From contig CM060733.1 of assembly GCA_030704615.1 (NCBI GenBank), forward strand, positions 45,384,001 through 45,448,000: a DNA stretch of 64,000 nucleotides. The letters are read 5' to 3'. How positions within the stretch are numbered: position 1 is the stretch's first letter; each line of letters begins with the position of its first letter. Shown piece by piece: positions 30,901-42,400 of the stretch. The position numbers were made by a program, and so were the translations under genes. The notes beneath the pieces are model-generated. The model saw only the letters and a list, made by a program, of their open reading frames with translations, was not told the origin of the DNA and searched no databases. Origin of the DNA: Takakia lepidozioides. Its lineage: Eukaryota > Plantae > Bryophyta.

Positions 30901-31319
30901 ATAACATCAAAGTTACAGTAATAACTTTTTCAGGCTGTCTTTCAGGAAAGGCAGCGGTGGATCTTCAGGAGATACAGTCATTTCTGGCGAGTCTGTTTTC
31001 GACAGCCCCCTTTCCAATTTTCTGCTCCCTGTTTATGCCGAAGCAATGGCACTTCACGCGGCCGAGTCCCTATCCCCTGACTTTTTAGTGGCCAGCCGTA
31101 GGTGTATCCAGTGTGGATCCGGTGTTCTAAAATACTTAGACTTAGATGCAGAGGAAGAGGGGATACATTGTACTGACTCTGAGTCAGACTGAACTGTATT
31201 CTTTTAATATTCATTTTCATATTATCTGGAAAACGTTGAATCCCCTTCCTCCACCGTAGTTGTTCCTTTAGAACAAATAATAATCACAGAATCAACTTTC
31301 GTTTAAATTGCTATATGTA

Positions 31320-31680
31320 TGAATCCATCTCACAAACCTTCCTGACTCTTCTCATATCCATTGTGCATTCATCTACACTGTATTCATGCGTGCTCCATTC
31401 ATGAAAGCTTCATTTGTACAACATCCATTGTACATTCATCATCTGTACTCTTTAATCCACCCCACAAACCTTCCACACTCATTTCATATACTTTGTGCAT
31501 TCGTCAAAAGATTTGGTCATGCATCTTCCTGTCATGAATTTTTGTCATTGCTCAACATCCATTATACATTCATCCATTTTACTCTTATCCATCCGTCATT
31601 CATCCATCTACATACATTTTTCACACTCATCCATCTGTTTATCATCCAACTGTACATTCATCCATCCTTTATTCAATGCC
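31320..31680. repeat. Degenerate CATC/CATT-rich low-complexity tract in the MULE subterminal region
   Basis: Recurrent CATTCATCCAT-like words. Confidence 0.6.
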
Positions 31681-31900
31681 TTTTATTATGTCGTCCAGCT
31701 TGTTTCCGCGGTAAAGGATGCCAATCCGCGGGAATACACTCCACTTCTTTCTGGGCGCGTGGTGACTCGGCCTTCACGTGTGATGACGTGGACTGAGCCC
31801 CGTGACGTGGCATTTGCGCAAGGTGACGTGGCGTGAGCGCAGTTGCGCTCACGCGCTCACGTGACCAGGCTCACGCCGAGGCATCCCTGTTAACAAAGAG

Positions 31901-34900
31901 ATGTTGGGAAGAGTCAATGCTAATAAGTTGAAGGGGTACAGTGGTATCCATGACAAACCATTGCAGCATGATTTGCATGTTGAAAAGCAAAAGCAGTCAC
32001 AGGGTGCACCAGTGTTACCAAAGGAGTATGGAGCACTTGACGCTAGGCCGAGCATATATGACCAGGGCGGGCAGAACAGGTGCGACACAACCTATCACAG
32101 CCCATCAAGGCGCGACACAGCCTATCACAGCACATCAAGGCGCGACACAGTCTATCACAGCCCATCAAGGCACAACACAACCTATCACAGCCCATCAATG
32201 CGCGACACAGCCTATTACAACCCATCAAGGCGCGACACAGCCTATCATAGCCCATTATGGCGCGACACAGAATATCACAACCTACCACAGCGTGTCACAG
32301 CCTATCACAACTTACCACAGTGTATCACAACCTATCACGGCGTACCACAGTATGACACAGCCTGTCACAGCTTAACACAGCCTACTAGGGTTACACCATC
32401 CATAGAATCAGTGACAGGTGGACGCAGGATAACTTCAGGAAAATGGCCGGCGGAAGAAAGGACGGAAGCCAGTTTAGAAAGGGACACGTGGAAGTCAGGG
32501 CGCAACACACAGCTGAGAAGAAAGTGCAAGAACAAATGTCATCAAGAAAGAGGACAAGAATGGCCGTCAAAATACCTAATCAGCGCGTCAATTTGGATGA
32601 AAGGCGGGCCCATTAATGAATACGGAAAAGGGGCAACAGAACAAACGGCAAGTACAGAAAAGCGAAATTCTTGTCACATGTGTTATCCTAGTGGACAGTC
32701 CAGTAGGGAAAGTCCACTAAAGAAAATTAAATCTAAAATCCAGTCACAGCGCTTACAGCCAATAGAAAGCCAGAGAAGGGATCAAGAAATTGGAGGGAAA
32801 TTAAGCGCAAGAGTCGGCGTCGTTCTAAGTAACGAGCGTCTCGACGGAACAAACCATCAATGCGATAGCTTGGAAGCTATGGAGGAACTAACTGACTATA
32901 CGCTCGCAATATTACTTACGCAGTGGCATAGGGACAAAAGAATAGAATGGATCTTTTCTCTTGATCGATGCTCGCAAGCCCCGCAGGCTTACAAGAAATT
33001 ACCCATAGCTTTTTGTGGCAACCATATGTTTATGCTTTGTGCACTACAGGCATTTCTTCAATTGTTACAACCAAAACATTTCTGTGGGTCTAGAATGAAG
33101 AGAGTGAGAGGAATGGAGGAAATCAGGGTGAAGAGCACCATAATCCTGCAGAAACAAACGATTGCTACTCCACAGGCGGTGAAGTTACTGAAAGAGCTGC
33201 GATTGGAAGGATTGCAAAGCAAAGACTGGACATTGCACCATAGACAGTACATGTTACAATTCTTGCAAAACTTTGAGCCAATGACAGGAGCAACCACGGT
33301 GAAGGGAGTTGAATTAGTAATTACTCCCCTATACCTACAGCAATTGTTTCGATTGCCAGCAGGTCAAGTGCATGTGGAGGAACACAGGGCAAGACTGCAA
33401 ATAGGGGACTTATTCCAAGAAGGAAGTTTCTTTAAAACTCAGGGTTATGCTTGTACCAAGGCCGTGTACCCAGGGCTAAGGGAGGTAGGCCAGGTATTGA
33501 ACGTTTTGTTTGCCATGAAACAAAACCAACAATATTTGAGCAGATCATTCACAGAAAAAATACTCAAAGCCCTGAGAGGACAAGAGGTAGAATGGGCAGA
33601 CATAATGTACAACGCACTGGTAGAGGAGATGAAAAGATTACAGGGTACTGCCGCAAAGTCTCCTATCATAGTGTCTGGCCCAATCATTGCTCAAATAATT
33701 CTTGATTCTGGCATACTTGATGCGCAAGAAAGAAAGGAGATGAGAGTGTTTGAGCCAGAAACCACTGCAATGGAAGACCAAGGCTCTTCACACAGTGAGG
33801 ATGGACTGGCAGGGCAACCCAAGACTAAGAGGCAGAGACGGGGAAAGACTGTAGTGGCGGATCCACTGGCTTCACGGATTCCGCTTGATAATGTTTCCCA
33901 AGCTCATGTGCAGGAAGGGGCACAGCAGCACAGAGAGCTGCTATTACTGGAAGCAGGACCTTCAGAGAGGGAAGAGGAAGTTACTTCAGTATCACAGCCA
34001 TCACAGCCAGATGATCGGCTTGTCACAAAGTTACCACAAGTTGTCCATGCAGTTCAACCAGAAATAATTGATTTAGAAAAAGAAGAATTAGATATTCCAA
34101 CTACAGAACAGGTGGTGGCAGAAATTGAGAAGGGGGACCTTCTCTATGAATATTCTAGTATGGTCAAGGACACAGTGATTCCGGAGGTGCAACGGTTGTC
34201 CAGGGCAAACCCTACGGCACATATAATACACACACCTGTGACGGAGGTACCACAGGTAGAATGCCAAGACACTGCAGCACCAGTGACGAATGAAGTGGTT
34301 CAGGAAGAAAATCTGGTGGGGCAATGGCCTGAATGGTTCGTAAGGCATCACACTGTTGAGGATCAGGGAGAACAGCAGCAAGCTCACCAAAATGACCCTC
34401 AACGGGCTATGCTTATGGGTTTCATAAGCAGGACACTGAATTTGTTGGGTACTTATGTCAAATCCCATGTTCCCACTACTCAATTGGCAGCTTTGAGGGA
34501 GGAACTCAGGAAAGAGTTTGAGGCTCGACTTGCCACAGAGTGTGCAAACAAGGTCGATGAAGAGGTCACTCTCAAAATGCAGCAAGACTTGGAGAGTACA
34601 GAAGCGGCTTTGCAATTGGCCAAGGAACAATTGATTGAGGCAGGCCTCGCACAAGACCACTTGCACGAAGCACATAAGCAACAGCTGTACCAAATGCAGG
34701 TGAAGCATGAAAGCAAGTTGCAAGAAGTGAATGCACTACATATGGAGTTGCAGACAGTGCATGATAGGATGGCCATACAATGTGCTACACTCACAACTAT
34801 GCTTGACCAATCTACAAAAGAAATAAACAGTCAAGCGGAAAAATGTACGAAGGCAGAGGAAGAGAATGTTGAGCAAATGAAACTCATTGTCGATATGAAG

Positions 34901-36652
34901 AATACAATCTGTCGCAATGAGGATACTTTCAAGCAATACAGGCAGGTTGAAGCTGACCAAGAGAGGCACATCCTGGAGTTGCAACAAACGATGATGGCCA
35001 ATAGAAATGAAATCTCGGTCAGTAACAAGGCTTGGAAGGAAGCCAATAATCTGCTTGCTACCTATGCGAATTTGGTTGAACCTCATGCGAAGCGCATGGA
35101 GGCTTTACAACAGCAGTTAGATGTGTACAAACTCAGAGAGGAGCACACTCTCAGAGGAACCATAAGCAACTTGGTGGATAACCACCTTATGCAGGTCTGG
35201 TTAGCACAAGGGCCAGTGGAGGGCAAAGCACCACGAAAGCTCACCCAAAACGAGATGAATGAGCTCAGGCTGCAAGTGCAGAACATTGCCACAACTACTA
35301 TAGACAATGTCTATAGTAGGATAGCGGAGTTACAAGAGGATGTAGACGGCCTGCAGACTCAAGTGGAGGACCTCACTTCAAATATCGACAAAAGAGTCTA
35401 TATATCAGAAGAACAACTAAGGGCTTCTTATTTACAAGCCAGAACTTTGGCTTTTCAGTCTTCTTCACAGGAGGTGCAGGAGATGCCAATGGTACAAGAG
35501 CCAGTGTCACCAACACCACAACAAGTCACTGTGCCAGTAGCTGACCCTGTTGTTACTACAGCCAGACCACAGCCACCACAGCCTGAGGTATGGGGCAATG
35601 CTGCTTTTAACCCACCTAAAACTCCAGCTGCAAGGGAGTACAGTAGGGCTATGATTATGCCCTTCAACCAAATTCCCATTATGTTAGACTTGGCTTGGAA
35701 AGAATTTAGTCCTCCGCAGTCATTGGCACATTACTATCAAATCATGCGCATTTGGCTGCCAGTGGCAACTAGGACTAAAGTTCTTCCAAACAATCGACCA
35801 ATTGAGGATCATCACTTTGCACAGTACTGGCATGAGGCATGTACCATGTTGAAGGAATTAATTGCCTTCCAAGTTGTACATGGATTCATTCATACCAAGA
35901 CCAAAGAGGTAGCAAATATTGTCATGGGATGCGGGTTATACTACGCTGTTTGTTTTCTGGTATGTTACCACATTGAGCAGCACAAGATGCAATCACGCTT
36001 TCTGAGTTATTCTAGTGGGGATCATTGGGTTTTACCTTCAGTGCCACCTCATATGTACCTATATGAGGCAAAAGTTATGATGCAAAAGGATTCTCAAATT
36101 CATTCATGGTTTCAAGCGGCCTGGAACAATTTGTCAACACAAAAATTCGGCATGGATGATATTTTCTATAAGGGCCATGAGGCATGGAAATACTTGCACA
36201 ATTCAAAAGTCATTGGTACACCACTCACCTGGACAGACAAGGAGCTCAGGGTCTTCACCAATTTTGCCATTCAGCGTTTACACCAAGTTTTAAAGTTTAA
36301 ACTTCCTGACATGGTAGGACAACATTGTATGCCCCAGAGGATTCCACAAAAAGTTCGACAATTAAAACACCTGAGAGGGGATGAGGATTCTGATACAACT
36401 GTTTCTTCAGCGGATTCTTTTGACATGGGAGAAGACTATGCAATTCAGATGGCAGAGAAGGAGCGACGGGGGTCTCCTATGCCTGAAAGGTTACCTCAAT
36501 ATCAGCCTCCCGAGGGCCTCACATATCTAGGTAGTGTTCAATCATCTCCGTCAACCAGTGACAGACCTCGGGCTCGTACACACAGTCCGCCACGAAACTC
36601 TCAACGTCATAAAGGTGCTCGCTCACAAAGGTTTCTTAATCCCCAACAGTAA
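31901..36652 (+). CDS. 1583-aa open extension downstream of and in frame with Gypsy integrase (10-aa repeats, helical domain, long coiled coil); function unknown
   Basis: Uninterrupted ORF whose first residues match the integrase C-terminus of copy A. E/Q/L-rich heptad region at about 34450-35400. Confidence 0.75.
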   Translation: MLGRVNANKLKGYSGIHDKPLQHDLHVEKQKQSQGAPVLPKEYGALDARPSIYDQGGQNRCDTTYHSPSRRDTAYHSTSRRDTVYHSPSRHNTTYHSPSMRDTAYYNPSRRDTAYHSPLWRDTEYHNLPQRVTAYHNLPQCITTYHGVPQYDTACHSLTQPTRVTPSIESVTGGRRITSGKWPAEERTEASLERDTWKSGRNTQLRRKCKNKCHQERGQEWPSKYLISASIWMKGGPINEYGKGATEQTASTEKRNSCHMCYPSGQSSRESPLKKIKSKIQSQRLQPIESQRRDQEIGGKLSARVGVVLSNERLDGTNHQCDSLEAMEELTDYTLAILLTQWHRDKRIEWIFSLDRCSQAPQAYKKLPIAFCGNHMFMLCALQAFLQLLQPKHFCGSRMKRVRGMEEIRVKSTIILQKQTIATPQAVKLLKELRLEGLQSKDWTLHHRQYMLQFLQNFEPMTGATTVKGVELVITPLYLQQLFRLPAGQVHVEEHRARLQIGDLFQEGSFFKTQGYACTKAVYPGLREVGQVLNVLFAMKQNQQYLSRSFTEKILKALRGQEVEWADIMYNALVEEMKRLQGTAAKSPIIVSGPIIAQIILDSGILDAQERKEMRVFEPETTAMEDQGSSHSEDGLAGQPKTKRQRRGKTVVADPLASRIPLDNVSQAHVQEGAQQHRELLLLEAGPSEREEEVTSVSQPSQPDDRLVTKLPQVVHAVQPEIIDLEKEELDIPTTEQVVAEIEKGDLLYEYSSMVKDTVIPEVQRLSRANPTAHIIHTPVTEVPQVECQDTAAPVTNEVVQEENLVGQWPEWFVRHHTVEDQGEQQQAHQNDPQRAMLMGFISRTLNLLGTYVKSHVPTTQLAALREELRKEFEARLATECANKVDEEVTLKMQQDLESTEAALQLAKEQLIEAGLAQDHLHEAHKQQLYQMQVKHESKLQEVNALHMELQTVHDRMAIQCATLTTMLDQSTKEINSQAEKCTKAEEENVEQMKLIVDMKNTICRNEDTFKQYRQVEADQERHILELQQTMMANRNEISVSNKAWKEANNLLATYANLVEPHAKRMEALQQQLDVYKLREEHTLRGTISNLVDNHLMQVWLAQGPVEGKAPRKLTQNEMNELRLQVQNIATTTIDNVYSRIAELQEDVDGLQTQVEDLTSNIDKRVYISEEQLRASYLQARTLAFQSSSQEVQEMPMVQEPVSPTPQQVTVPVADPVVTTARPQPPQPEVWGNAAFNPPKTPAAREYSRAMIMPFNQIPIMLDLAWKEFSPPQSLAHYYQIMRIWLPVATRTKVLPNNRPIEDHHFAQYWHEACTMLKELIAFQVVHGFIHTKTKEVANIVMGCGLYYAVCFLVCYHIEQHKMQSRFLSYSSGDHWVLPSVPPHMYLYEAKVMMQKDSQIHSWFQAAWNNLSTQKFGMDDIFYKGHEAWKYLHNSKVIGTPLTWTDKELRVFTNFAIQRLHQVLKFKLPDMVGQHCMPQRIPQKVRQLKHLRGDEDSDTTVSSADSFDMGEDYAIQMAEKERRGSPMPERLPQYQPPEGLTYLGSVQSSPSTSDRPRARTHSPPRNSQRHKGARSQRFLNPQQ
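32084..32371 (+). repeat. 30-bp coding tandem repeat x10 (DTAYHSPSRR-like)
   Basis: GACACAGCCTATCACAGCCCATCAAGGCGC units. Copy A has 8 units at 47109-47340. Confidence 0.95.
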
Positions 36653-36900
36653 ACCGTGAGGACACGGCTTTTTGAGAGGGGATGGGGTAATGTTAGAGGA
36701 CTGTCTGGGACTTAGACACTTATACGGGATCTGTGGGGTACCCTTGATTTTTGCACAGACTGAGACCAACAGGAGCCTTAGGGGTGACAGCAACGCACTT
36801 TAGAGGGGGGTTACACGGCCCGTCACAGTCCGTCACAGCCAACACAGCCGTCACAGCTTCGCACAGCCAACACAACCCGTCACAGCCGACACAGCCAGTC

Positions 36901-37888
36901 TGGCTTCCCCTTGACAAAATGAAATAGACATGTCGAGGTACACAAAAGAAGCGTCATAGCAATTTTGTTCCAAAAAACATTGTACCACTGGAAACAACAC
37001 ATCCAAACGGGCTGTTTTCTTTTGGTTTTATTCGGGGCCAAATTGGAAATGGGATGGTTGTGTGTCCTTGTTGTCCTGTTTGCAATGTGTGCGTGGGATG
37101 CAACTTCATGGGAACAAACTATTATTGGAGATGGGGGTTGCATGGACTGCCCGGATTGTTCCTTCAATCTATTTAGAGTTTTGTGGACCTCACAGGCTTG
37201 AGTGCATTTCAAAAACAAACAATCGACTTTGGTTCGTGTACAGCATTCTCGCATCATTTGCTCGCTTGTCTCCAAACCATTCCTGCTAGAAGAATGCTTG
37301 GTGAATCCATCGAGGTGAAGTCCACGTGATCAAAGATCGTTCAAGCATTCTCAAATCTGGTGAGCATCCATGATGCTCCCGCACATACTTGGCATGTTCG
37401 CAAAGGTGGTGAGTAAGAAAAGATTTTGCAGGGATCCGCTTTAGATGATGTCAGTGTGCACCTCCTCACGACATACCCACATTCCAATGCAGAGTTTGGT
37501 TTTCCGTCCTTAAGCTCCCGATAGTCTCGAGGCTGAGCCAAAAGCCCAGGCCCTCCTGAGGCCTAGTTTTTGGGCAAATTACACACAGCAGATTGATGCT
37601 TGTGTGAAGGGATTTCTAGAGGATATCTGGAAAACCCGGATTAATTCTTTATATGAAGGAAAGTCTTTGATAACGTCTAGATGGATGCAATGGATACAAA
37701 GGATGGATACAATGGATGTAATACATCCAGTCTACATTCCCGGGAAATGGCTGTTCAACCCGCGGTAATAGGTGACACCCGCGGAAATAGGCCCTGTATG
37801 CATGCTGACGTGGTGTGAGCCTGTGCTGGGCTCACGGTTTCCTGGGCTCACAGGCTCCCGCCTCCGGACTCACGGAATAGCACCCCCC
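36901..37888 (-). mobile_element. Fragment of a related MULE-like element with one terminus
   Basis: Minus strand begins GGGGGTGCTATTCCGTGAG and carries CGTGAGC/GCTCAC and CCGCGG.AATAGG motifs shared with the ends at 31.7 and 52.1 kb. It truncates both an LTR and an RT. Confidence 0.55.
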
Positions 37889-39419
37889 TCGGCATGGCAT
37901 ACCTATTGGACTTGGTCTGACGATTTACAGGCCGGTAATCACCGCACATACGTCTCTCCGTCCAATTGCCATAGACATCCTTCTTGGCTGGCATCACTGT
38001 GGCTGAAGCATACTCTCCCCCAAATAGCTCCACCAACCCAGTCTCCCAAAGGTCCTGAGTTCTCATCTGAATCAAGGACCTCTCCATGTCACTGTATCTA
38101 TAGGGTCTCCGAAAGATTGGCGTGTCAATAGCCAATTCAATGCGAATCTCTTGACCTTTCAGTGCTCCTAAGTCCTTCAAACTGAAGGCAAAGCAGTTCC
38201 TGTAAACCCTCAAGAACCGCCGTATACGTCGTCTCTCTCCTCCGGTGACTATAGGTCCAACATTAGGCTCCCAGTTGTCCTTCGTGACCGCAACCTTGAG
38301 TCCAGCAAGCTTAGAGGTAGAAGACGCGTCTCATGGTTGCTATGCTGCAACCTCTTCAGCAGTGACCACTACCTCCTCTGTCAGTGACAATTTCTCATCC
38401 TGCCCCATCATCCCATCCTTGAGGACCTCCTCAACCCGAGAAAAACCCCAACCTCATCCATCACAGTTGCCTTGGCTGCCAACTCCCTCTGAACCTCGAG
38501 CATCTCCCACGTGTGCCATGGATGTCTATACCCCGTGGTCCTCACCGGCTCGCCCCCACTCACTGTCTGTATTGGCTCGGTAGGCAGAGAGACTGTCAAG
38601 GGAAGTGCACTCCGCACTCTACGTTGCTCAGCCATAGCCAAGCTAATAATCCAGGTCAAGCAATTGAGATCCATCGCTTGCCCCAACACCTGACAACGTG
38701 ATGCCTCAGAAAGAGAAGGCACCGCCGTGGTCCCAGTGGAAAAACCCATAGCCCTCTCTCTTTCGTCGGCATTAGGCTCCACTAACTACTGCAACTGAGC
38801 ATCCCACAGGAGGCCAGGTCCACTATCCCGGAAAGCATGTGATCCTGGGAAGCTGAGCAGTGTAGGTAATGCTGCTCCTGGTTGACCCACCCTGTTGACC
38901 ACTTCCAAAGGCAAACGGTCATCATGTCTCACATGTTGAGACTGCCTCCCTGTGTCCAAAATGCTATCCACTGTGAGGTGTGCTGGTTGCTGCACCCCAT
39001 CGAATGCACGCTTGAGCAGTGCGGGTGGCATCAAGTTAGTCCACCATAGCCGTGGACGATGAGCCCGTGACCCCACTGCAGCTGCATCCAGCAACACTGC
39101 TGACCCAAGCCACGACCGGACTTGATGCATACTGGCCATCACCCTGGCCTGAGAATCGCCCATTAGTGGCACATTCTCCAAGATGTATGCTGGAGATACA
39201 GCTTGATGAAGCTGCAAGTGGCGCAAAACCCGCACCATCTCCCAAAACAGACCCACAGTGGCCGGTACCTCTTGCCTGCCGGTCCACTCAAAGAGAAATG
39301 TCATCCTGGTTGTCTAACAAGACAACTCCAGGTGTCACCATGACGCGCTCAAAGGCTGGCCTAGCTGGCAGCTCCATCAACCTGGCAGCTGCAGCTTACC
39401 ATGGCGCAGCCGTGGCAGT
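37889..39419 (-). mobile_element. Gypsy fragment with a C5-cytosine methyltransferase domain upstream of RT
   Basis: GLFWEMVRVL..YILENV (motif VI), AHRPRLWWTNL (VIII), EPNADERERAMGF (IX), RCQVLGQAMD (X), then RT N-terminus FAFSLKDLG...RRPYRYS...RMCGDYRPVN..YAMP. Confidence 0.85.
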
Positions 39420-42400
39420 TGTTAGAGGACTGTCGGGGACTTAGACATTTATACGGGATCTGTAGGGTACCCTTAATTTTTGCACAGACTGAGACCAAAA
39501 GGAGCCTTAGGGGTGACAGCAGCGCACTGTAGAGGGGGGTTACACAGCCCGTCACAGTCGTCACAAACAAGCCAACACAAGCCACACAGCCCTCACAGTC
39601 GACACACAGCCGACACAGCCGACCAGCAGTCACAGCCCCGACACAGCCAAACACAGTCGCACGCCAGTCACCACAGCCCGTCACAGTTTCCACAGCCAGT
39701 CACTAGCTTGACACAGCTGTCACGATCATAGGGAACGAAGAGTAGGACAGGGAACGACTGTGGGACAAACACCTACGAAGGAACGAAGTGTGTGGGAACA
39801 CACCGTACGAAGGGACAGTTTAGTTCACAGACACACGGTTTAGTGAGGGAACGGTTTTAGAACCGCGGATACGGAAGATAAAGGGAGAAACGGGGAATGA
39901 AGGACCCCATTCAGAGAGGACTTCTTGGTGATTAGAGGAGAGGGGATCGGGCAGAGATGAAGAACGGAAGTGAATATAGGAGATGAGGAGTAGATGTTGA
40001 TATAGCAAACAGGGCTGTAATGATAATTGTAGATAGATTAGAGACCAATGGCTTCGGCCTGATACCTTCTAAATCATAATCGGATCTTTTACGATACAAA
40101 CACACTGTGTAGAGAGATCTGAGTGAAGCTTTGGAATGAATGGATGAGTTGATGGAATCCCATAGATTGATAAGCAAACTGATACTTAATTATAATGGTA
40201 GATAGTTAACATGAATACCAAAGGGAAACACATAGGAAACACCCCCATGAATACACTAGCTGTAGGTCATGACTGATTGTTCTGCGCGGGCTGAGTACTT
40301 AGAGATTTCCAACTCTTCAATCTTGGAGTTTCCGCCTCGAATAGCGAAGGGATGGGTGAGTAAAGCCGCGCGACATTTGGCGACCATACTGGGGACTGGG
40401 ACATGAACAACCAGATGTGACAGGCATCTGGTGGGATCATGGTGGTTTGACCATTAAAGAATTTGAAGTGAATCAAATTCCCTGTGGAACGAAGGAAGAA
40501 AGATTGTCCAAACAATTCTTTCAAAGGTTCTTGGAATTGCCAGACGGTTGTAAAGAAAATATTCTTAAACGAGTGCATGATGCTGATCCAGAATGGGGTC
40601 TGGAGAAAGGAGTGATAAAGATTTATCAGGTAGCCTGTAGAGGAAGAGCACGTTGGTTACCAACATTGGTTTATGTGATAGCATTGCTATCCATTAAACG
40701 AGTAGAGTTTGAAGGCTGGGAAGAAAGAAAGGTGAATGTTTATACTCATATGCATGAAGAGCTTGTACTGGTAAAGAATTGGATTCCAAAGGATATTTTG
40801 TGGATCAAACTCACACCAAGAACAGCTTTTCAGACTTGTTTGCCATATGGTTATATGGTAACGGAGACTTCAAGTATAGCCAGGGTGCATTGAAGCTTGA
40901 AAGAAACCCAGGCATATACGAGAGATATTACAGAAGAGAGTTTTGGTTATTGCCACATTAAAAGAAATGAAAGACATGGGACATGAGTGATGAAAGAGAA
41001 GCTAGACGACAGAGATATTCAGCAAAAAGAGAAAGCTATCTGAAAGCTAATTATCCATATCTTTGGGAGAGAGGAATAGACATAGGGGAATCATCTGGAC
41101 CTCTCACACCATCAAGATCAAAGAGTGCATCACTATACCGGAAGAACTAGAGTTGGATGCCACTCCTTCTGTTTCTTTGCAAGAAAGATTAAGGGAATTG
41201 GTACAGGGAAGAAGATCAATCACGAGGTGAAAGATCTGAGGTACATCCTTGGATAAAAGACTTGACAGAAATCTTTGATAAGAGTTGGCATGGAACACCA
41301 AAAGCAGGAACTCCAGTTTCTGAAGCAGAAGGTGAAGAAGGAGAAGAGGATGTGGCAGAGCCAACGGAGAGTTCAGACTCTCCAACACCATTACAGTTGA
41401 GTTACATGAGTGAAGAAGAAACCCAAGGGCAGAACTTGGAGGATGAAAACAGAGAGAAGAAATTAGAAGAGGAAGAATATGAAGAAGTAGACCCAACAGC
41501 TGAGGTTGAGACTACAACCAGGACATCCCAACCCGTTGGACCTGGATCAAGTGGAGCACTTGGATCACAGGCCAACGAAGGTGTCGGCTCAGGGGGATCA
41601 GGCGGGCTGCCTGGATCTGGCTCTGGGGGGACAGGGAGTGTGGGAAGTAGTGCAACTGAAGCTGGGAATACTGTGAATATCGTGGGGCCAGAAGCAGGGA
41701 GTGCTCAAGGGCCACCACTTGGTGGAAGATCCACCACAAAAACAACAGGTCCAGAAGGACCAGCACCAGCAAGGGTGCCAGCACCTGTCAGTGGGCAGAA
41801 GGTAGGGCCACAGATGGCGTTACAACCAACACGGGCAAAACCACCCTTTCCAATATATTCAGGAAAAGGGGATCCCGATGTACACATTAGCCAATTTGAG
41901 CACATGTGTATAGTGAACAATGATGCCAAGATGAGACTGTTTCCTTGTTCACTTATCAAGAAAGCAAGTGAATGGTATGCAAGATTTCCTGATAATCATT
42001 TCCTAACCTGGAATGGCTTGAATACAGCATTTTGAAATAGGTTCAGGACAAGTAAAACTGAGGATGAAGTGTATGGAAGTTTACAACAGCTGAAGCAGAA
42101 GAAGCATGAAACTGTTGAAGAGTATATGGAGAAGATGGAATTGATGATGAAAAAGCTGGCTGCAGTACCAGCGCCCGTTTACAGAAGACTTGGTTTGTGA
42201 GTGGACTAAGACCAGAGTTGCAAAAGAAAGTGGATATGTTACCCCATAATACAGTGGAGGAGGCATTTGAAACTGCGAACAGAATTGAGCAATTGGGAAT
42301 GCTCAGGAGAGAGAAAAAAGAAGATGAGGACTCTGAGGATGAGTCAGATGAAGAAGAAGAGCAAGAACTAAAAGGAAAGAGTAAGAGAAAGGAGAAGTTG

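Larger units (their letters stand above)
24900..31889 (-). mobile_element. Left part of a ~10-kb Mutator-like element (5' half of transposase, ParB-MTase gene, terminus)
   Basis: Ends ...GCTCACGCCGAGGCATCCCTG at 31889, followed by TTAACAAAG (31890-31898), which is repeated at 53990-53998 next to the partner terminus. Confidence 0.75.
31890..36900 (+). mobile_element. Gypsy copy B, 3' piece (end of integrase, long extra ORF, PPT, truncated 3' LTR)
   Basis: Starts with the TSD inside the integrase tail (NKEMLGRVNANKLKGY, colinear with 46915 onward in copy A). PPT GAGAGGGGATGGGGTAA at about 36674-36690; LTR TGTTAGAGG starts at 36691. Confidence 0.88.

Noticed and set aside
32084-32371. CRISPR or satellite interpretation of the 30-bp repeat
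   Set aside because: Head-to-tail units without spacers, in frame within a retroelement ORF.
33100-36652. env gene
   Set aside because: No signal peptide, furin site or convincing C-terminal transmembrane anchor seen.
36691-39720. LTRs at 36691 and 39420 as the two ends of one small element enclosing the C5-MTase
   Set aside because: The 36691 LTR follows a PPT and matches the 59888 LTR at diagnostic bases; the 39420 LTR is the 5' LTR of copy A.
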